Source of the DNA: a virus
Direction: 5' to 3' (one strand)
Length of the DNA: 64,000 nt
Virus record (IMG/VR): IMGVR_UViG_3300022925_000006
A program made the translations under genes and the position numbers. The notes beneath the pieces are model-generated. The model was not told where the DNA came from and did no database searches. It saw only the letters and a list, made by a program, of their open reading frames with translations. Positions 9,195 through 20,061 of this stretch are shown here, piece after piece. Numbering within the stretch: position 1 is the stretch's first letter; each line of letters begins with the position of its first letter.

Positions 9195-9676
9195 TTTTTA
9201 CGTTTTTGAAAAGGTTTAAGTTTTTTCAGAGGTTTTGTTGATTTGGGAATAAGAGTCTTGAGTGGTTCGTTCTTCTCTGTCCATATAACAAAATGCCATC
9301 CACGGTCTTTCGCAAACTCTTCGGCTGCTTTCCACTTGTTTTGATTCTTAACAAAGGTCATCGCTTCGTTCAAATATCTCTTAGTCTTGTTTCTACCTGT
9401 AGGTGGTTTACGTTCCTTGTCTGGTTTTATCTCGACCAACCAAGTAGACCCATCGTCCATGAGTAGTTTCAAGTCCATAAAATATCTATGATAACGCTTG
9501 TCAACTTCATATAGATATGGTATAATGACTTCTTCGGAAGACCACTTCTTTACCTTGGGATTATCGTCACACCATTTGAAGGCGTGTTTCTCCCATAACG
9601 AACGATAAACTACAGCTGTATAGTCACCATCATACTTCTTAGTATTTTTTACTCGATATCTTCCTGAATATGCCAT
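9191..9676 (-). CDS. gp4: head completion nuclease
   Basis: MAYSGRY...N..KY.GD...VVYRSLWE, WSSEE..IPY, HRYF.D, VEIKP, NQ.KW.AA. Confidence 0.93.
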   Translation of the reverse strand: MAYSGRYRVKNTKKYDGDYTAVVYRSLWEKHAFKWCDDNPKVKKWSSEEVIIPYLYEVDKRYHRYFMDLKLLMDDGSTWLVEIKPDKERKPPTGRNKTKRYLNEAMTFVKNQNKWKAAEEFAKDRGWHFVIWTEKNEPLKTLIPKSTKPLKKLKPFQKRKK

Positions 9677-9684
9677 ACAAACCT

Positions 9685-9717
9685 TATAAATAAAGACAAA
9701 CACTGATTGTATTTATA
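9685..9717. promoter_or_regulatory. pair of oppositely oriented late promoters
   Basis: TATAAATA on + at 9685-9692 (towards gp48) and on - at 9710-9717 (towards gp4). Confidence 0.85.
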
Positions 9718-9728
9718 GGACACAAACA

Positions 9729-10808
9729 ATGGTTGATTCCATAACAAAAGACCAAACCCTTGCTCTCAGACAAATAGCAGAAAATAATGCTGCTCGTTCT
9801 GAAGGTAGGGAACCTAGAAAGGTCACCAGCCCCCCACCCACTCAGGGAGTTGAAGAAGCAAAAGCAGTAAAAAACCTTGAGTATCCGTTAAACAATGCGG
9901 ATGATTATAAAGGCAGACTTGTTTTTAATGTGATGGAGGAAGCTGAGACAGATATCGGTAACGCACTTTCGACAGTTGTTGAGTTTGGTAAAGGATTTGT
10001 CGAACAGATAAAAGATGCCATCGGGTCTGAAAATCCAGCCGAAATACAAGAAGCTGTGACTAAACACAAAGGTGAAGAGTCAAAAACCAAAACCGTCACA
10101 AAACCTAAAGGATTGTCCGAGACGGGTAGACGTGTGTCCTTATATTTACCAGTCGGTCTACAGTATCGTGATAACGTTGCATATGATAATATGGACTTGG
10201 GTGGTATGGGTGCAGCTGCTGAAGCTGGATTGAAGGGCGGTGAAGGCGCAATCAAAGGATTGATGGAGGGTGGATTAAAGACTCTTGGTGCGGGACTAAT
10301 GGGTAGCGCAAACAAAGACGTTGCAAAACTTGCTACCGTAAAAATCATGAGTAATTTCCCAGACGAAGTTTCGGGTGCGTTTAGGTCTGCAACGGGTGTA
10401 ACATCAAACCCCAATACTCGTGTACTATTTAAATCTGTAGGGTTAAGAGAGTTCTCTTTCGCATTTAAGTTTATCTCAACCTCAGCAAAAGAAGCCGAAG
10501 AAATAAAAGAAATTATTAAGTTATTCAGAACAGAACTATATCCAGAGAACATTAATATTCCTATCGGTGATAGTGAAATCTCTATTGGTTATAAGTTTCC
10601 GAATAAGTTTAGAATTGATGTTGAGTATGACGGTAAAGAAATCGCAACCAAAATCAAACCATGTTTCTTGAGAGATGTTGGTGTTACGTATAACAATACT
10701 GCGATGTCTATGCATTCGGATGGTAACTTCCAAGAGATTGAAATGACTCTTGCGTTCCAAGAAACAAGAACACTCAACAGAAAAGATGTTGATGAGGATG
10801 GATTCTAA
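9729..10808 (+). CDS. gp48: baseplate tail tube cap gp48
   Basis: LYLP, NPN..VLFKSV.LREFSF.FKF...SAKEA.EI..II..FR; synteny before gp53. Confidence 0.8.
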   Translation: MVDSITKDQTLALRQIAENNAARSEGREPRKVTSPPPTQGVEEAKAVKNLEYPLNNADDYKGRLVFNVMEEAETDIGNALSTVVEFGKGFVEQIKDAIGSENPAEIQEAVTKHKGEESKTKTVTKPKGLSETGRRVSLYLPVGLQYRDNVAYDNMDLGGMGAAAEAGLKGGEGAIKGLMEGGLKTLGAGLMGSANKDVAKLATVKIMSNFPDEVSGAFRSATGVTSNPNTRVLFKSVGLREFSFAFKFISTSAKEAEEIKEIIKLFRTELYPENINIPIGDSEISIGYKFPNKFRIDVEYDGKEIATKIKPCFLRDVGVTYNNTAMSMHSDGNFQEIEMTLAFQETRTLNRKDVDEDGF

Positions 10809-11557
10809 TGACTACAAAATATTTCCGTAACTTCAACACCGTAGCTTATAAGTTTGGTGACAACGAGAAACCAGTCATGTTTGATGACTTGTCTCAGTAT
10901 GTTGATTTAATTGACGGCATAAAGGACAACATTTCTTTTTATAATCCATACACTATTATTTCAGGAGAAAGACCTGATACTCTATCATATAAGTTATATG
11001 GAACAACTGATTACTATTGGACTTTTTATTTGATGAATGATAATATTCGTCAAAACGGATGGCCTATAGACTACACCGAAATTCTATCAACAGCAAAGTC
11101 TAAGTATCCAAACCGAACAGTAACAACGAATTCAGAAATTGCGAAAAACTTTCCTGTCGGGACAACTGTGACGGGTACTGTTAGTGATACGGTAGGAACT
11201 ATCGTTGCAAGACGTTTAGACTTTGGTCAACTGATTATTGATACTGTAGGTGGTAATAACTTTAGTCCTACCGAACAAATAACTTACACATCTCAAGAGG
11301 GTGCATTTTATAGTGCAACACTCATAAAAGAGTCTGAACAATACAATGCAATACATCACTACGAAGATGCTGATGGTGTTTGGCAAGACTTACCATTATT
11401 CGACTTTGGTACTCCAAACCCTACTTGGTTACCTATCACCCATAGAGGCCGAATGGAAATGTCCAACGATGATTTAAAACTAATTACTGTTTTACAAGCA
11501 TCCGTCATTGATAAGGTAGTAGCCGAATTCATCAACTTCCAAAAACAGGCCAGATAA
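10808..11557 (+). CDS. gp53: baseplate wedge subunit gp53
   Basis: YFRNF....Y, I.SGERPD.LSYKLYG..DYYWTF.L.N LysM-like motif, IHHYE. Confidence 0.88.
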   Translation: MTTKYFRNFNTVAYKFGDNEKPVMFDDLSQYVDLIDGIKDNISFYNPYTIISGERPDTLSYKLYGTTDYYWTFYLMNDNIRQNGWPIDYTEILSTAKSKYPNRTVTTNSEIAKNFPVGTTVTGTVSDTVGTIVARRLDFGQLIIDTVGGNNFSPTEQITYTSQEGAFYSATLIKESEQYNAIHHYEDADGVWQDLPLFDFGTPNPTWLPITHRGRMEMSNDDLKLITVLQASVIDKVVAEFINFQKQAR

Positions 11558-12928
11558 ATGGTTGGTTCATCTAAACCATCACAGTCTCAACAGTTTAAGA
11601 TAACTGAAGCGTCTATTAGTTCAGACCGCTTTGGCGGTTTTGAGTCAAACTCCTTTGATGTCAGAACCTCTATTGCGGAGTTTACGGTATTTGAAAGTTT
11701 GGATAAACCTTATCTAACAGGACAGGTTGTTATTCTTGATGACAAAGCATTGTTTGATAGAATCAACTTCCAAGGCACCGAAAGATTCAAAATCACAATG
11801 GCATCCGTAGATAATGATTTAGATACGGTATTTGAACGTATCTTTATTATGACAGGTATTGAACGTTCTGTCAAGTCAAATGATAACGCAAAATCTAGTA
11901 TGTTTGTGTTTACACTCTTGGACGAACATGCGTTTATATCCAGTGTAAAGAAGATTAGTAAATCATTTAATGGTCGTATTGATGAGATTTTGATTCGACT
12001 ACTAGCCACCGAAATGAAACTTGATATCGACCTTTCATATCTATTTTTACCTAATGGGTCGAAGAGTGTGCCTATACAAACTAACTTGAAAGGTATCATT
12101 CCCAATCTAAGTCCTATTGAAGCAATCAAGTGGTTAACCACAAGAGCAACAACAGTCACAGGTTCTCCGTTCTTTGCCTATGCTTCGATGCATGATGACA
12201 ATCTACGTCTCGGTAATCTGGATTCCATGTTATCACAAAAAGCGTTTAACACAATGTTGCCCTATACATATAACCCAGCCAACATTGCCAACGCAGAAAC
12301 ACAAACAGAATTTGAGAAAACGTTTACAATCAAATCACTAACTACCAGTAAACAAGCAAACACTCTGAAACTTATTCAGGAAGGTGCGATTGGTTCTCAA
12401 TTACAAAACACCAATCTAAACACTGGTCAGATATTTTCTGGTCATCATAGTATGAGAAAAACATTAGATAGACTAGAAAAGAATCAAATCATTGGTGACA
12501 GTCAAGCGATATTTGACCCAGAGTTCAAGTTAAACGGAATTCTTTCGGATGAATTTAATTCACATATCTATCACACAGTAACTTCTACTGGAACTTATGG
12601 TAGACATAAGAGTTATCATGACGAATATGACGGAAGTAAATTTAAAAAGAAACTGGAAAGACGTGCAATATTAAATGGTCTGTACAAAAATATGATGAAT
12701 ATTGTGGTAGAAGGGGCTGGTTTTATTGTTTCTAAAGCAAGTGTCGGTGATGTTATAAATCTAAAAGTTGTTAATGACAATGTTGAATCGTCTATAACAG
12801 CTACCGAAGATGACCTAATAGACAAGAACAAATCAGGTGATTTTATCATCTATGACACCAGACATACATTTGCTGGAACACAACATTCGGTCGCATTGAA
12901 TCTGTGTAAGATGGAGAGACTTAAATAA
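11558..12928 (+). CDS. putative baseplate hub protein (gp27-like)
   Basis: VFESLD.PYLTG...I.D motif; position between gp53 and gp5. Confidence 0.55.
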   Translation: MVGSSKPSQSQQFKITEASISSDRFGGFESNSFDVRTSIAEFTVFESLDKPYLTGQVVILDDKALFDRINFQGTERFKITMASVDNDLDTVFERIFIMTGIERSVKSNDNAKSSMFVFTLLDEHAFISSVKKISKSFNGRIDEILIRLLATEMKLDIDLSYLFLPNGSKSVPIQTNLKGIIPNLSPIEAIKWLTTRATTVTGSPFFAYASMHDDNLRLGNLDSMLSQKAFNTMLPYTYNPANIANAETQTEFEKTFTIKSLTTSKQANTLKLIQEGAIGSQLQNTNLNTGQIFSGHHSMRKTLDRLEKNQIIGDSQAIFDPEFKLNGILSDEFNSHIYHTVTSTGTYGRHKSYHDEYDGSKFKKKLERRAILNGLYKNMMNIVVEGAGFIVSKASVGDVINLKVVNDNVESSITATEDDLIDKNKSGDFIIYDTRHTFAGTQHSVALNLCKMERLK

Positions 12929-13785
12929 TGAAACCCATTCTATCAGAGTTCTATGGTGACAATACAAGATGGTTCATTGCAACTGTTATTGACGCATCAC
13001 CCCCATACGGTTATGAGGGTAGAGTGAAGATTCGTGTACACGGATTACATACACCATCGACCAGACTCATCCCACAAGCAGACCTACCTTGGGCGCAATG
13101 TCTCACACCAACTACCGAAGGCGGAATCTCTGGTATCGGTAGAATGCCACAATTACAACCTAATGCATTGGTATTTGGTTTCTTTGTCGATGGCATGAAC
13201 TCACAGACACCTGTTGTATTTGGTTCTCTTCCCCATATAGAGTTCCCAACTACCGTACAAAAAGGTCAGAAGAAAGAGGATGTCGGTCAAGATAATAAAC
13301 CAGAAACCGTTTGGGAGAATCTTGTTGCAGCCGTAAAACCTAAAGATATTGATATTGATAATACAAATTCGGGTAATATCTCTACTTTGGTCAAACAACA
13401 GCGAGAGAAGACCGCAGTACAATTCTTTTTAAATTTGGGATACTCGATAAAACAGTCTATCGGTCTTACTGCTGGACTATCGTATTCTTCGGGAATGCGT
13501 ACTGGTGTCAATACACAATCAAAAGGTCTGGCAAACTTTAACATAACCCGTTATGCTGAACTTCAAAAGTTTTCTCCGAAGTTTGAGAATTTTTTAACAC
13601 AGTTATCATTTATTGCATATGAGTTGAATGGTTCGCAATCTAACGCAAACATTAGATTGTTACAATCAAAACAACTTGAGAATAAAGGCATATGTCACAT
13701 TGTCGGTAAATACTATTTGAATAATGCCGCAACAGTAAAACAAATAGAACTACTCGCAAGACGTATGATGGATAGGATAGTTTAA
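12928..13785 (+). CDS. gp5 N-terminal OB-fold domain fused to a degenerate tail-lysozyme-like domain
   Basis: WF...V.D....GRVKIRVHGLH......DLPWA...P, VFGFF.DG...Q.PVVFGS; C-terminal QL.FI.YEL. Confidence 0.8.
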   Translation: MKPILSEFYGDNTRWFIATVIDASPPYGYEGRVKIRVHGLHTPSTRLIPQADLPWAQCLTPTTEGGISGIGRMPQLQPNALVFGFFVDGMNSQTPVVFGSLPHIEFPTTVQKGQKKEDVGQDNKPETVWENLVAAVKPKDIDIDNTNSGNISTLVKQQREKTAVQFFLNLGYSIKQSIGLTAGLSYSSGMRTGVNTQSKGLANFNITRYAELQKFSPKFENFLTQLSFIAYELNGSQSNANIRLLQSKQLENKGICHIVGKYYLNNAATVKQIELLARRMMDRIV

Positions 13786-15686
13786 TGATATTAAAAGATG
13801 ATTTGAATACTAATCTAAAAGCGGAAGCACGAAAGAAGGCTGCCGAGAATAATATATTCAAAGATAAAGCCACAAAGGCAATAGATGAAAAGTTTGTCAA
13901 GACTTCGACCCTAGTCGGTAAAGTTGATGGTGAAGTATTGGGTGGTATTAAGACTATTGGTCAAGTTGCAAGTTCTCCCGAAGAAGCAATTAGTGCTGGT
14001 ATCGGTTTGTTGACAGACAAGATGCCTAGTCTCAGTGGTATTAAGAAACCAAGTATTAATCAGTCTGGAACGACTATCACTTCTTTGACAGGTCTTCCTG
14101 CAATCAAGTGTAACAACCCCAATTCAGGAATGGAAGCTGTATCAGACGGAACACCTCAGAGTATTGCTGAGTGTGCCTCTTTGGTCGAATCTAAAACTGC
14201 CGACTCACTAAAAGAAATATCTGCATTCACCGAGATTATTGAAGCACAAAACGCTACTGGATTGGGTGGTGGTGGTGGATTCTTTGGTGCAATATCTGCC
14301 GCATTATCCGTGTTATCGATTGGTGACCTATTACCAGAAATAGAAGCGCTCGCTCCAATTCGAGAGTTAAATGATAAGGTCAAAGGATTCCAAGATAAAA
14401 TTGAAGCAGGTATAAAAGATTTCGGTAATGAATTGTTCTCTGGACTTGAAGGTGTTGGTGACCAAGTCATAAACGATACTGGCATCAAAGGAATGATTGC
14501 TGACGTAAAACGAATTAAAGCTGAACTGAAGACCTTCCCGTCAGTAAGTAGTGTATTGCCCACTGGATTAAGCGATACTCTTTCTGCTATAAATGACTTC
14601 ACCAAAGAAGTTGATGGTTTTGTTGGTGATTTTGATGAACGAATTGGTGAGGGTTTAGGTGGTGTTCTACAGAATCTAACCGAAGGTATTTCTGGTGCAG
14701 CATCAAGTTATATTGAGAACCTAGTGCCTGGCGGTATTTCTGCTACAGAGAGTGAGAGACGAGCAATTCTAAAAGAATTCTCTTTGGGTAATGACACCGA
14801 TAAAGTCAATGCAGTAAAAACACTGGTTACTAAATCACCCAACGTATCTGAAAAAATGAAATCTGTTTTAGAAGATGCAAGAAGACAACCAACCGCAACA
14901 GACTTGAACAATGCTGTTGTGGATGAAGCACGAAGAAGAGGTATTCCAGAATCAGAGATTGCAGCTGCGTCCGAAGAGCTTGCGACCATTGATGATAGGA
15001 TGAAAAAACTAGATACTACTATTAGTGGTTCTGTTATTATTGATGCTGGTTTATTTGATGAATCTGTACCAGTAGATGAGAATAATCAGAAATGGAGTGG
15101 TCGAAATACTCCCGATGATACATTTACCTATATCGCATCTGTCGAAGAACTTGATGCTGAATTTGCCTCGGTGAAAAGAGATATCACTGAAGTTATTGTT
15201 CATGCAACCGAAACTTATACCAATAAAAATATCGGTTCCATTGAAGTGAATAATATGCAAATTGAATTGGGACAAGACGGTATCGGTTATCATTATGTCA
15301 TTCGTAGAGACGGTAGACTGCAACGTGGTAGACCAGTTAACCGTGTCGGTGAACATGCCGTGGTTAATGGCCATGACGTATATTCTATTGGTATCGCTTT
15401 AGTTGGTGGTCTAAATATATCTGCGGGAGATGATAATCCGACAGATTATAAGTCTTCACAATCATTTACTCGCCAACAGTATACGACACTAGAAAAGTTT
15501 TTGAGAAGTTTCTACCGAAAATATCCAGGCGGACAAGTCTTTGGACATAACGATGTAGATGAAAGTGAACTTGACCCATATTTTGATGTAGTGGACTATG
15601 TTGAATCGGTATTCAGGAAAAAGAATATTCTTACTGAACCATCAACACAAGCGCCATTGAGTCCAGCGGAGATTAATGTAGAATGA
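13785..15686 (+). CDS. baseplate-associated protein with C-terminal N-acetylmuramoyl-L-alanine amidase (T7 lysozyme/Amidase_2-like)
   Basis: IVHAT, IGYHYVIRRDG..Q.GRP....G.H, SIGI.LVGG, FT..Q..TL, VFGHND. Confidence 0.85.
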   Translation: MILKDDLNTNLKAEARKKAAENNIFKDKATKAIDEKFVKTSTLVGKVDGEVLGGIKTIGQVASSPEEAISAGIGLLTDKMPSLSGIKKPSINQSGTTITSLTGLPAIKCNNPNSGMEAVSDGTPQSIAECASLVESKTADSLKEISAFTEIIEAQNATGLGGGGGFFGAISAALSVLSIGDLLPEIEALAPIRELNDKVKGFQDKIEAGIKDFGNELFSGLEGVGDQVINDTGIKGMIADVKRIKAELKTFPSVSSVLPTGLSDTLSAINDFTKEVDGFVGDFDERIGEGLGGVLQNLTEGISGAASSYIENLVPGGISATESERRAILKEFSLGNDTDKVNAVKTLVTKSPNVSEKMKSVLEDARRQPTATDLNNAVVDEARRRGIPESEIAAASEELATIDDRMKKLDTTISGSVIIDAGLFDESVPVDENNQKWSGRNTPDDTFTYIASVEELDAEFASVKRDITEVIVHATETYTNKNIGSIEVNNMQIELGQDGIGYHYVIRRDGRLQRGRPVNRVGEHAVVNGHDVYSIGIALVGGLNISAGDDNPTDYKSSQSFTRQQYTTLEKFLRSFYRKYPGGQVFGHNDVDESELDPYFDVVDYVESVFRKKNILTEPSTQAPLSPAEINVE

Positions 15687-17173
15687 CGACTAAACAAGAT
15701 AATTTTAAAATTCGAGTAGACAAACTCGGAGAAGGACTAGAGAACACACTCGGAGTACCCGAAGATGGGATGCAAGACCCCACAGGTGAGTATCCTAAAC
15801 GAGAGTATAACTTTGGTTCTTCAATCAACAAAGCTGCTCGTGGAACTAAGATAAATGACCTCTATGTTGGGGGTGGTGACTATGGTGTACCACTCAACAT
15901 TGAACCACAACGTCCATCCGAATATCCATTCAATCAAGTTCAAGAGACTACCTCTGGACATGTTGTTGAAATGGATGATACGCCTGGCGGTGAACGTGTA
16001 CTAATTAGACATCGTAAAGGTGCGGGTGTAGAGATGAGGGCCGATGGTTCTGTTATTATCTCTGCTGTCAATAACAAGGTAGAAATAACGGGTGGTGACC
16101 AGACTGTAATCATTGAGGGTAATGGTAACCTTGTGTATCAAGGTAATCTAAATCTAAAGGTTACGGGTGACTATAATGTTGATGTTGGAGGTAACTACAA
16201 TGTCAACGTTGCGGGTAGTCAGAATGAAACTATCGAACATAATCATAAGACAACGGTAACAGGTAACTCAGAATATATTACCAAGAAGACCAAGACAACT
16301 AAGACTGTTGGTACAAGTACCGATGTCATGTTATCAGATTTCAACCAGTTTGTCAAGTTTGATATGAAAACACTTGCGGAAGGTAATATTCAACTATCTT
16401 CTGAAGAGACCATTCTTATTACGGCTAAAGAAGGATTTGCTGCAACGAGTAAGAATACCAATATCACTGGTGCAAAGTATGTGTCGGTGATGGGTCAGAA
16501 AGGTGCGATTGGTGGACGAATGGTTGACTTCACAGGTAACGCATTTATGGGTGGTGAAGGTGCGGTTCCGTTTAACTCTGGTGCTGCATTCTATGGTACA
16601 CTGTTTGGTAAAGCGTCTGAAGCACTATTGGCCAACAATGCGGATAAAGCAGACTTGGCACTTAGGTCTTGGTATGCAACTAATGCTACATCCGCATTAA
16701 CTGCTGTGACCGCTGGCGCATTGGGAGCATCGACTGTTCCGACACTATTAGCCGCATCTGTTCATATTCCATCATTTACTTCGGAACAACAATACACAAG
16801 TTCTGGTGCGGGGGAAGGGCCAATCAACGGTGAGTTTGTTGTTGGACACTCTACCAATGGTGACTATGCAATCAGAACAGTAGTAATTGATGGTGGGGAT
16901 GTGTTAAAGAACAAGACACTATTGACCGATGATTACTTTGATGTGTTTGATAAGATACCAACGACCCAAGAGATTCGTTCTGCTTTCAGAAACTCTGGTT
17001 CTCGTGATGTAGTTGCGGGTGTGCTTGTTTCAGAAGAAAGACTAAATTCCGAGTACAAAACAAGGACTCCTCCAGCGATTGGTAGGACTGTGAAGAAATC
17101 ACCGTCTTCAAGATTCGGATTTGAACCGATTGGTAATGCAATTGAAAATAGAGGAAAGAGATTTACACGATGA
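15683..17173 (+). CDS. gp5 C-terminal spike (beta-helix) protein
   Basis: DP.GEYP, YPFNQV.ET.SGHV.E.DDTPG.ER....H..G, VxGxxxxx repeats. Confidence 0.82.
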   Translation: MTTKQDNFKIRVDKLGEGLENTLGVPEDGMQDPTGEYPKREYNFGSSINKAARGTKINDLYVGGGDYGVPLNIEPQRPSEYPFNQVQETTSGHVVEMDDTPGGERVLIRHRKGAGVEMRADGSVIISAVNNKVEITGGDQTVIIEGNGNLVYQGNLNLKVTGDYNVDVGGNYNVNVAGSQNETIEHNHKTTVTGNSEYITKKTKTTKTVGTSTDVMLSDFNQFVKFDMKTLAEGNIQLSSEETILITAKEGFAATSKNTNITGAKYVSVMGQKGAIGGRMVDFTGNAFMGGEGAVPFNSGAAFYGTLFGKASEALLANNADKADLALRSWYATNATSALTAVTAGALGASTVPTLLAASVHIPSFTSEQQYTSSGAGEGPINGEFVVGHSTNGDYAIRTVVIDGGDVLKNKTLLTDDYFDVFDKIPTTQEIRSAFRNSGSRDVVAGVLVSEERLNSEYKTRTPPAIGRTVKKSPSSRFGFEPIGNAIENRGKRFTR

Positions 17174-17763
17174 TAATTTTAGTTGACCCAGTATATAATC
17201 CACAGTTTCGGACAAACATTACGTCCGCAACTAAACTTGCGCCTGGCATTACTGTTGCCAAGTTCCTTGGTGCGTATGGTGATAGAACACCATTCAACCA
17301 CGTGACCAGTGAAACGAAGAGAAAGGAAATTGCAAGACATCTCTACCTCCAAGCTGAAGCAATGAGAATCATCAACGGCAACACCGAAAACTTTAATGAT
17401 GTTCGTTTGATTGTGTCAGAAGGTATCTATGACCTCAAAGAGATTGATGACGGTAACGAAATAATGGAAAAGAAATCCGATGGTCGTTTGGTTTATTATC
17501 AAGTGATTGGTCAGGATGGAGAAATTAATCTGGAACAAACCTTTGATGTTGCTGAGTATTGGAAAGATTATATCAAGTTTGGAAAACTGTATCTAGATTA
17601 TGACATCTACAATCCAGACGGAAGTCTTACTGCACAGATTGGTTTAGAGTTTCCAAAAACACCAGATTCCTTTGATATTGAGTTCTCTGGTGATGTTGCA
17701 ACTTATTTTAATAATGAGTTAATGAGTTCAGATGAATTAATAGAAATTAAGGAAAGTGACTAA
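17170..17763 (+). CDS. hypothetical baseplate-region protein
   Basis: 197-aa ORF coupled to the gp5C gene. Confidence 0.75.
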   Translation: MIILVDPVYNPQFRTNITSATKLAPGITVAKFLGAYGDRTPFNHVTSETKRKEIARHLYLQAEAMRIINGNTENFNDVRLIVSEGIYDLKEIDDGNEIMEKKSDGRLVYYQVIGQDGEINLEQTFDVAEYWKDYIKFGKLYLDYDIYNPDGSLTAQIGLEFPKTPDSFDIEFSGDVATYFNNELMSSDELIEIKESD

Positions 17764-17770
17764 AAAGTCA

Positions 17771-17778
17771 TATAAATA
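17771..17778 (+). promoter_or_regulatory. late promoter
   Basis: TATAAATA 5 nt before the gp25 ATG. Confidence 0.8.
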
Positions 17779-17783
17779 GAACT

Positions 17784-18233
17784 ATGGCAATACGTAGAGC
17801 GTTCGCACAAGAAGATACTAACTTACAGACTGCGTCAGTAACGACCACTCGTGTAAGACAGTATACCGATATCGACCTTGCATTTAGGGCAAAACCGTCT
17901 AGTGGAGAAATCTACAAGAAGACGGATGCAGCTGCGGTGCGACAAGCGGTAAAGAATCTAGTTCAGACAAATAGACTAGAGAAACCGTTTCGTCCTCAAT
18001 ATGGTGGAAACCTTAGAGGTCAATTATTTGAATTGGCTGATAGGGGCCAGTCGGACGTGTTACGTAGAGGTGTTATCGAAAATATCGAATACTTCGAACC
18101 AAGAGCGCAAGTTCTTGAAGTTATTGTATCACTACAACCAGATACTAATAGTTTATCAGTAACAATAAAATTTAAAGTAGTCAACACAGAAGAAGAAGTA
18201 ACGTTCACTACCACACTCGCAAGGTTAAGATAA
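17784..18233 (+). CDS. gp25: baseplate wedge subunit gp25
   Basis: Y.DIDL.F, D.AAV.QAVKNL..T...EKPF.P.YG..L...LFE, FEPRA. Confidence 0.92.
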   Translation: MAIRRAFAQEDTNLQTASVTTTRVRQYTDIDLAFRAKPSSGEIYKKTDAAAVRQAVKNLVQTNRLEKPFRPQYGGNLRGQLFELADRGQSDVLRRGVIENIEYFEPRAQVLEVIVSLQPDTNSLSVTIKFKVVNTEEEVTFTTTLARLR

Positions 18234-18234
18234 A

Positions 18235-20061
18235 ATGGCAACAACAATTAAATCGACATCATTAGACTTTGACGCAATCAAGAATAACCTAAAAACATTT
18301 CTCGCTGAAAAAGAAGAGTTTGCGGATTATAACTTTGAAGCGTCTGGTCTGTCTAATATCTTGGATGTACTTGCATATAATACTCATTATAATGCACTGA
18401 CTGCCAATTTTGCGTTGAATGAATCTTTTCTTGGAACCGCACAGTTACGTAGTTCTATTTTATCACTTGCAGAAGGTATCGGTTACATTCCTGATTCTAT
18501 GACTTCTGCTCAAGCGATTATAAACTTAACATTAAATCTTTCTGGTGTTACTGACAGAACTCCAGAGATTCAAATCCCAACTGGATATAAGTTTAACGCT
18601 ACTGTTGATAATGAAGAATTTATTTTTCAAACACAAGAAAACATTAGCGCAACAGATAATGGTTCTGGTCTATATGAATTTAAAAACATTGCGGGTAGCA
18701 AAAACATAAAAGTTTTCGAGGGAATTGAACGAGTAAAGACGTTCCTTGTGTCGAGAGCAGAAGATAATGCGGTTTACATAGTTCCAGACAGAACGATGGA
18801 TATTGATACTGCAATCATTCGTGTTTATGAAGTTCCGTCATCTTCAACATTTACTGCATATACTAGTATTCTAAAAGCGACTACCATTAATGCAAACTCT
18901 ACCCTATACATTCTCAAAGAGTCTCCGAATGGATTCTTTGAATTGTCATTTGGTAATGGTAGCACTCTAGGCGCTGCACCCAAAACAGGTTCTAAAGTTA
19001 CGGCAACATATCTTGCTGCTAGTGGTGCATCCGCTAATACCGCAAAGGTTTTTGAACCACAAGCACAAATCAGTGTTGGTGGGAGTAACTATACCATGAG
19101 TGTGGCCACAGTCGCAGCTGCTGTTGGTGGTTCTGCAAAAGAAACTACCGAATCAATTCGTCAGAATGCGCCTTTCCAATACGCATCTCAGAATCGAATG
19201 GTAACTGCGGTAGACTATTCATCTCTTGTCCTACGTAACTTTTCTACACTCATAAAAGACATTCAATCATTTGGTGGAGAGGAAGCTCTTGACCCTGAGT
19301 TCGGAACAGTGTTTCTTTCAATTCTGTTTAATGCAGACGTTGATGATACTACAATTGCAACAACAAAAGATTCTATTGTTGACCTTGCAGCTCAGTTATC
19401 GGTCGCTTCCTTTAATGTCAAGTTTAGTGACCCTATCAAGACCTTTATTGAGACTAGAACATTCTTCCAATTTAATCCTAGTTTGACCACACTTTCTAGG
19501 AATACTATCCAAGATTCGGTCAATGAGGTTATTACTAATTACTTTACCAATAACCTTGGTAAGTTCAATCAATCGTTTAGACGTTCAAACCTTCTTACTT
19601 TAGTCGATGATGTGAGTCCTTCGGTTCTCTCATCTCGTACAGATGTGTTTATGCAGAGAAGATTTACTCCTACGTTAACTAAGATTCAAGACCACACACT
19701 CAGATTTGCGGCTCCTCTAAAAGCATTTGATGATGTTTTCTATACAATCACATCTTCAGCATTTAGATACAAAAACCAAACTTGTATTCTGAGAAACAAA
19801 CTGAACACCAATAAACTAGAAGTCTTCAACACCGAAGGTAACGAAGTTATTGTGGACAATGTCGGTAACTATACGGGTGATACCGTATTTATTGTAGGTC
19901 TTCAGATTGATAACTTTGTTGGTTCGGATGGATTTATTAAGATTTCTGCCAAACCTGCAAACGAGAGTGCAATCTCTCCATTAAGAGAAGACGTTTTAGA
20001 ACTAGACCCATCCAACACATTCTCACGTGTTGTTGAAATTGATACTGGGATTACTAACTAA
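18235..20061 (+). CDS. gp6: baseplate wedge subunit gp6
   Basis: LDFD.IK.NLK.FL....EF.DYNFE.SGLS..LDVLAYNTHYN, SIR.NAP..YASQNR.VT..DY. Confidence 0.95.
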   Translation: MATTIKSTSLDFDAIKNNLKTFLAEKEEFADYNFEASGLSNILDVLAYNTHYNALTANFALNESFLGTAQLRSSILSLAEGIGYIPDSMTSAQAIINLTLNLSGVTDRTPEIQIPTGYKFNATVDNEEFIFQTQENISATDNGSGLYEFKNIAGSKNIKVFEGIERVKTFLVSRAEDNAVYIVPDRTMDIDTAIIRVYEVPSSSTFTAYTSILKATTINANSTLYILKESPNGFFELSFGNGSTLGAAPKTGSKVTATYLAASGASANTAKVFEPQAQISVGGSNYTMSVATVAAAVGGSAKETTESIRQNAPFQYASQNRMVTAVDYSSLVLRNFSTLIKDIQSFGGEEALDPEFGTVFLSILFNADVDDTTIATTKDSIVDLAAQLSVASFNVKFSDPIKTFIETRTFFQFNPSLTTLSRNTIQDSVNEVITNYFTNNLGKFNQSFRRSNLLTLVDDVSPSVLSSRTDVFMQRRFTPTLTKIQDHTLRFAAPLKAFDDVFYTITSSAFRYKNQTCILRNKLNTNKLEVFNTEGNEVIVDNVGNYTGDTVFIVGLQIDNFVGSDGFIKISAKPANESAISPLREDVLELDPSNTFSRVVEIDTGITN

